Shown here piece by piece: positions 58,893 to 64,000 of a stretch of DNA of 64,000 nucleotides. Positions within the stretch are counted from its first letter, which is position 1, and the number at the start of each line of letters is the position of its first letter. The stretch spans positions 704,001-768,000 of the forward strand of contig CAWHDT010000005.1 in assembly GCA_963828195.1 (NCBI GenBank), given 5' to 3'. This stretch comes from Candidatus Bathyarchaeota archaeon (lineage in GTDB: Archaea > Thermoproteota > Bathyarchaeia > Bathyarchaeales > Bathycorpusculaceae). The notes under the pieces are model-generated. The model ran no database searches. It saw nothing but the letters and a program-made list of their open reading frames with translations, and was not told the origin of the DNA. The position numbers and the translations under genes are program-made.

Positions 58893-59169
58893 TTTTTAGA
58901 GAACACTCTTTGCAAGGTCATGAAGTTATGAGATTAAAATCTTTTTCTTGATAAAAGCAGATTCGTAAGAAAACAAAAGGCACCTGAAAAAACTAAACAT
59001 TTCGGGAAAAAGCTCGCCTCCGCCCCCAAAAACTTGCTCCTCATATGCTATTGTACCGACAAAGTGTATCGACAAAACGTATTGACATCTACCGCCTGTA
59101 GATCCCAGTGGACAGAACGATTAAAACCAACCACTTGCGAATCTGATGGTGATAAAGAAACTAAAAAGA

Positions 59170-59661
59170 CTACGGTTTTCTGTACAGATAGATTGTGTGG
59201 GAGGGATAGCCTAACTGGGGGTTTTCACAGAAGTTCTCAACTTTCTCGGGATGCCAACCGATAATCTCGTAGTCATGCGAGACCACACGTGCACCTTTTT
59301 TGAGGTCACTTTCAAGTTTTGGCCTGATTTTCTCGTTGGCGCTCGTTGTCAAATACAAGTAAACCACATCAGCCGAGCTTAAGTTGACTTCGAACATGCT
59401 GCTATTCATTATGGTTACTCTATCGTCAAGCCCGCTCTGGTGAATCGTGCTTAACGCTTTTTTCGCCAAATCTTCACGCAACTCGATGCCGACGCCTCGG
59501 GCACCAAACATTTTCGCCGCCATAATCACGGTTCTGCCATCTCCAGAACCCATATCAAACAATACTTCACCAGCCTTCAAATCAGCAAGCTTTAACATAT
59601 ATTCTACAACACTGGTTGGACTTGGAACGAAAGGAGCAATAAACATCTTAAACTTCACCAT
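59170..59661 (-). CDS. class I SAM methyltransferase, archaeal protein-lysine methyltransferase (aKMT/FAM173-like)
   Basis: PFVPSP, DMGSGDGR, GIE, ADVVYLYL, RVVSHDY and HTIYLY. Confidence 0.8.
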   Translation of the reverse strand: MVKFKMFIAPFVPSPTSVVEYMLKLADLKAGEVLFDMGSGDGRTVIMAAKMFGARGVGIELREDLAKKALSTIHQSGLDDRVTIMNSSMFEVNLSSADVVYLYLTTSANEKIRPKLESDLKKGARVVSHDYEIIGWHPEKVENFCENPQLGYPSHTIYLYRKP

Positions 59662-59673
59662 TTACTTTATGCT

Positions 59674-60018
59674 TTATGCCACGTAGGCGTCTTTTTTCGG
59701 AATCGGTCTTCTGGCTTCTCCGCATTTTGCACAACTTTGAGCGCATAAATCAAGGTATTTTTCTTCGTCCGCTGAACCAACGGCGACAGCTGCTTTCGTG
59801 CAGAGTTCGCTCGGCTCAGAACAGCCTTCTTCTTTGCATAGCTTCGAAATGTATGAACAAACTTCTTGGACATCTTGAGGTTCCAAGACAGCTCGGTTTG
59901 TGCGAACAAGCAAACATAGCTCCCTCGCCATAACACAGGTTTTAACGTATTTGATGCGTTCAAGAACTTCACTGCGTAAATTCTTTCGACTTATTTCCAC
60001 GCTTCGTAAATCCCCCAT
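59674..60018 (-). CDS. hypothetical Cys-rich protein
   Basis: ATG at 60018 and multiple Cys residues (CAQSCAKC). Confidence 0.6.
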   Translation of the reverse strand: MGDLRSVEISRKNLRSEVLERIKYVKTCVMARELCLLVRTNRAVLEPQDVQEVCSYISKLCKEEGCSEPSELCTKAAVAVGSADEEKYLDLCAQSCAKCGEARRPIPKKDAYVA

Positions 60019-60119
60019 GGCACCTAAGCAATTAAGCAAATAAGCGGCTGGCTTTAAAAAGTTGCTGTTATTCCATAAAAACATACAATTTAACAAAAAA
60101 AGTAAACTGAATCATTTTA

Positions 60120-62990
60120 TCAAAAACGTTTACTTAACGATTTACGTTCAGCTTCCATAACCAACTCGTAAAATCGGTCTGAAGGCTTCGGTTCCTTTTC
60201 CAAAACAAGTGCAATATCCGCCGTTTGAACGCGTCGAGCACTTAATGCCACCGCAGCTGCTTTGCCATATTTTTCGATTAACTCAGCCGTACGCTTAGCC
60301 TGTAGCTGCAGCTTTTCCTCATCTTTAGCTAAATGTCCCTTTTTCTCAATTAACGGCGAAGCCTTTTCCTCATCCACTTTCAACATTCCAAGGGCAAAAG
60401 ACCCGCATCTTGGGCAGTGGGGTTTATCAGGTAAGTCTTTGATGCGAATGGTCTCCATATAATCCCAGCAGCTTGCGCACACAAAATTGCCCGTTTCATT
60501 GAGCAATCGTGCTTTAGCTGCCGCTATGAGCATGGCACGCATTTTTTCAGGCGGAATAAGATCAGTTTTCATGCTTACCCGCTCGATACCTACTCGAGCT
60601 ACTGGAGTAGCGTCTCCGCCTGTCGCAACAACTTGCAATCCCACGTCGCCATCACGGATCCGCTTTAGCACCATCACTAACCCGTCAGCGTCAAGGTCTT
60701 TAGAGAAAACCTCCTTCAGACCCTCTTCATAAATCAATGTACCTTCAAAACTCGAGATCAGCTTCTGGATGCTGACGTTGCTGAAGTCAGCCCACTTCTT
60801 CAGGGCGCCAAAACGCCTAGCCACCTGTATGACACGCCGTTTGAACAACCCCGTTTTCACCGTTGACCTAGTTAACGTGTCCTTAATTACCTGTGTACTC
60901 ATGCCTTTGAGTTCATTGAAAACTTCAACCAGCCTCTCAGCGCTCATGCTGCCCATGGTCTGCACAAAAATTCGGTAAGGATCATGCTGAACCACGATAC
61001 CTCGACCAAGCTTATCAGACAACACTTCTCCCAAGAACTGCGCTAAAGCACGATTAATCAAAGAACCAAAGTTGGAATGAATAATAACAAATTCACCCCA
61101 ATCCTCAACTACAATCCGCCTTGAAGTAGGAACGGCAAAACCCGAGTTCACCTGCTCCACCGTCTCAGCCAAAGCATGCAAAATAGTCGGTGCATCAGCT
61201 GCATAACGCTCAGAAAGCAAAGCACTAACCTGATCTGGCGTAAATCCATTTTGAATTTTTTCTTCCACGAAACCGCGTATTTCCGCTAGCTCCTGTGCTA
61301 TTTCATACGGGACTGGAATTTCTTCGCCTATCCAGCTGGGAATTGAACCGGTTGGGTCATCAACTGGGCGCACGTAAACTTTGTCTTCGGTGGCATGGAT
61401 TATTTGCCATGGGCTGCCTCGTATGATGAATTTTGTTCCAGGTTTGCCGTACTCAGCCATGAACGCTTCGTCTAAAACACCGATTGAAGTGTCGGATGAC
61501 TCATCAATCACGAGGAACTGCTTTTCCTCAGGGATCATGGATAAATTATCAAAATAGTACTCAAACAAAGCCTTGGATCGCTGAGGCTTCAAAGCGACCT
61601 GATCCTCAAAAGACACCCATGCCAAACGTGGAAACCGTTCATGCATGTACTTGAAGGCTTTTCCAACGTCTTCAATGGTTAAATTTTCATATGGGGCGGC
61701 GTTACGGGCTAATTCTAAAACACCGTTAAATTCTAATCGTCTATTCTTCAGCATCAAGCCTGCAATCTGATGGATCAAAACATCGTATGGTTTGTCTGGA
61801 ATTTGAAGGGGCTCTAATTCTTCGTTAAGCGCTCTTCGTGCTATAACTAAGGCTTCAAGCGTGTCGTCGGAATCCATGCCGATTATTACTCCCTCGGCAA
61901 CGTCTCCGTAAGTGTGGCCTGCCCGTCCCACGCGTTGAATAAGCCGGGTTACTTGCCTTGGACTCATGTACTGGATAACTAGGTCTATACGTCCGATATC
62001 TATGCCTAATTCGAGGCTGCTAGTAGCGATTAAGCCTTTCAGTTCACCCCGTTTTAACCCGGTTTCAGCAGCTATCCTTGAGACCTTAGCTAAGGAGCCA
62101 TGGTGGATCGAGATTGGAAAATCAATGTCCCAAACCTTAAATCTTGAAGCTAAAACTTCCGAAATTGAACGTGTATTTGTAAATAAAAGAACAGATTTTC
62201 TTTTGCTCATGTAATCGCGAATAATACGAAGTCTAGCCGCCACCTCTGGATGAGTATAGATTTTTGTTGCAAGCCTGACATCTTCCTCAGTTGGCTTGGG
62301 GTAGATAACTTGCAGCTTCACCATTTTAGCAACGGGTACACGAATGATTTCGACGGGTCGCTTGTTGCCAACAAGGAATTGGGCGACTTTTTCGGGGCTG
62401 CCAATTGTGGCGGATAAACCTATCATTTGGAAGTCTTTTCCAATATGGCTTCTGACCCGTTCCAGCGCTAATGACAGCTGGCTTCCCCGTTTGCTGTCAG
62501 CTAACTCGTGCACTTCATCAATTATTACCCACCTTAAGCTTTGCAGGTGTTGACGCAAAATCCAGCCGGAAAGTATAGCTTGCAATGTTTCAGGAGTCGT
62601 TATTAGAATGTCGGGCGGGCTTCGGGATTGACGGGTTCTTTCTTTGGTTTCAGTGTCTCCATGTCTAACCGCAAGTTTTATGTCAAGACTGTTGCACCAC
62701 CATTGAAGACGCTCAAGCAAGTCTCTGTTTAAAGCCCGCAACGGCGTGATGTACAGCACTTTTATGCCTGGAGTTTTAGGCTCCTTAAGAAGCATGCTTA
62801 GCACAGGCAGGAAAGCGGCTTCTGTTTTTCCCGTGGCTGTAGGCGAAATTAACAGGACATTTTTTCCTTCAAGGATTTTCGGTATTGTTTTTTCCTGCGG
62901 CTCTGTCGGTTTAGAGAATCCTTTCTGTTCAATGAGTCTTCGAACTGGCTTAACAAGCATTTCAAAAGCGTTTTCAGAAGTTGCCTGCAA
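60120..62990 (-). CDS. lhr: Lhr-like ATP-dependent DEAD/DEAH helicase
   Basis: PTATGKT, DEVH, SAT, HHGSL, SSLELGIDIG, QRVGRAGH and a C-terminal Zn finger. Confidence 0.92.
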   Translation of the reverse strand: MQATSENAFEMLVKPVRRLIEQKGFSKPTEPQEKTIPKILEGKNVLLISPTATGKTEAAFLPVLSMLLKEPKTPGIKVLYITPLRALNRDLLERLQWWCNSLDIKLAVRHGDTETKERTRQSRSPPDILITTPETLQAILSGWILRQHLQSLRWVIIDEVHELADSKRGSQLSLALERVRSHIGKDFQMIGLSATIGSPEKVAQFLVGNKRPVEIIRVPVAKMVKLQVIYPKPTEEDVRLATKIYTHPEVAARLRIIRDYMSKRKSVLLFTNTRSISEVLASRFKVWDIDFPISIHHGSLAKVSRIAAETGLKRGELKGLIATSSLELGIDIGRIDLVIQYMSPRQVTRLIQRVGRAGHTYGDVAEGVIIGMDSDDTLEALVIARRALNEELEPLQIPDKPYDVLIHQIAGLMLKNRRLEFNGVLELARNAAPYENLTIEDVGKAFKYMHERFPRLAWVSFEDQVALKPQRSKALFEYYFDNLSMIPEEKQFLVIDESSDTSIGVLDEAFMAEYGKPGTKFIIRGSPWQIIHATEDKVYVRPVDDPTGSIPSWIGEEIPVPYEIAQELAEIRGFVEEKIQNGFTPDQVSALLSERYAADAPTILHALAETVEQVNSGFAVPTSRRIVVEDWGEFVIIHSNFGSLINRALAQFLGEVLSDKLGRGIVVQHDPYRIFVQTMGSMSAERLVEVFNELKGMSTQVIKDTLTRSTVKTGLFKRRVIQVARRFGALKKWADFSNVSIQKLISSFEGTLIYEEGLKEVFSKDLDADGLVMVLKRIRDGDVGLQVVATGGDATPVARVGIERVSMKTDLIPPEKMRAMLIAAAKARLLNETGNFVCASCWDYMETIRIKDLPDKPHCPRCGSFALGMLKVDEEKASPLIEKKGHLAKDEEKLQLQAKRTAELIEKYGKAAAVALSARRVQTADIALVLEKEPKPSDRFYELVMEAERKSLSKRF

Positions 62991-63305
62991 TATAAGTTGA
63001 TCCTCGAATGATATGATAAACCGGAACTCTGATATAAAAAAGGTTAGGAAAGGTTTAGTAGAACTTCAGGTTTTTCTTAGCAATTTTAACTTTTAACGCT
63101 AATGTCTTCGTTAGTTGTTGCTGTTTTCTGGATATTAAAAGAGGTATTTTAAGAGCTTTCAACCATTTCATTTGATAATGTACGAGGGTATATACAAAAA
63201 ATTGTCTAAAAATACCGTGGAAACTTGTAATATATATTGGAAAGGTATGGAAAGTTTTTTATTCTATAATGATAAACCATGGAGTCGGTATACGGAGGAA
63301 AATAA

Positions 63306-63476
63306 ATGGCTAAATGTCCAAAATGCGGAACTGAAGTAGCAAAGACAAAAAAGAGCTGGAAAATGGCCGGTCGTCCAGATAAAGCTGGAAAACGCATGCA
63401 ACTAGAAATCGGACTCTATGAGTGCCCGAAATGCAGCAACGTATTCCGCGAAGTTTTAAGCAAAAAGAAAATCTAA
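63306..63476 (+). CDS. Cren7-like chromatin protein with zinc-ribbon cysteines (56 aa, not in ORF track)
   Basis: GGAGG RBS. MAKCPKCGTEVAKTKKSWKMAGRPDKAGKRMQLEIGLYECPKCSNVFREVLSKKKI resembles the Cren7 K.W...IGLF..P..G..FR pattern. Confidence 0.75.
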   Translation: MAKCPKCGTEVAKTKKSWKMAGRPDKAGKRMQLEIGLYECPKCSNVFREVLSKKKI

Positions 63477-63603
63477 AATTGCAACCAAATCAAATTTAGT
63501 TGCATAACTTGCTCTCTTTTATTTTTTCTTTATTCTAAAAAGAGAAGTATTAAAACATAGTAACTCTTTATAAAAAGGAATACTTCGTAGCTGAGGCGCA
63601 AAT

Positions 63604-64000
63604 TTGAGCAATTCAAAAAGACTCTGGAAAAACGATTATTTCAAAACGGCAGTTGCCATAATACTGATCGCTGCAATTGTCCTCAGCTTCTTATTCGGCT
63701 TACAGTTTGCTCTTCACACCCCTGATCCGGCGTTAACTGTAGAAAGCGGCAGCATGAGCATCCCCTACGACAGCGCCGACAACTTCTGGGACAGCATAGC
63801 CCACCCATTCGACCGAACCCTAAGCATAGGCGACATCATCATAGTTCAAGGCGTAAACCCAAAAGACCTAAACGCCAATTACCCCAACAGCGACATAATT
63901 GTTTATCACGACCCATCAGACCCAAGCACGCTCATTGTTCACCGAATAGTTTCAAAGCAAGAAATTAATGGTACATGGTACTTCCAGACGAAGGGGGATG
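63604..64000 (+). CDS. signal peptidase I (Sec11-type), 3'-truncated
   Basis: TTG 63604, TM helix, then VESGSM, GDIII, IVHRI and FQTKGD. Confidence 0.88.
   Translation, partial: MSNSKRLWKNDYFKTAVAIILIAAIVLSFLFGLQFALHTPDPALTVESGSMSIPYDSADNFWDSIAHPFDRTLSIGDIIIVQGVNPKDLNANYPNSDIIVYHDPSDPSTLIVHRIVSKQEINGTWYFQTKGD

Noticed and set aside
63206-63397. 63-aa minus-strand ORF
   Set aside because: Antisense to the better-supported Cren7-like gene.
1-64000. CRISPR array, cas genes or rRNA
   Set aside because: No regularly spaced 25-40 bp repeats, Cas motifs or rRNA-like sequence seen by eye.

Overview
Archaeal chromosomal window, most consistent with a Bathyarchaeia/TACK genome. This assignment is an inference from rpl35ae, a Cren7-like gene, an aKMT-like methyltransferase, an Lhr helicase, Trm11, PQQ-propeller and NosD surface proteins, and a dockerin-bearing enzyme. 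Housekeeping genes (tRNA-Gln(CTG), tRNA-Arg(TCT), cysS, prs, rnz, mtaB, dys, ahbABCD, aguBA, fumC) alternate with accessory blocks. Main candidates for novelty: (1) a 1403-aa protein joining a duplicated polytopic membrane module, a NapH-like polyferredoxin and a MacB/FtsX ABC permease, coupled to an ABC ATPase, near an NRAMP/DtxR pair with two operator palindromes; (2) a lysine 2,3-aminomutase paired with an EctA-like rather than AblB-like acetyltransferase; (3) an orphan Pvc16/DUF4255 (eCIS tail terminator) protein with an unknown C-terminal domain; (4) a secreted GH5-dockerin; (5) a small tRNA-Arg-anchored islet containing an IS1182 element (IRs, 4-bp TSD, DUF2080 passenger) inserted at the loop of a hairpin; (6) an LDH/MDH enzyme with a mixed specificity signature; (7) a LysW-like carrier with a non-canonical C-terminus. 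All family calls come from motif recognition by eye. No database searches were run.
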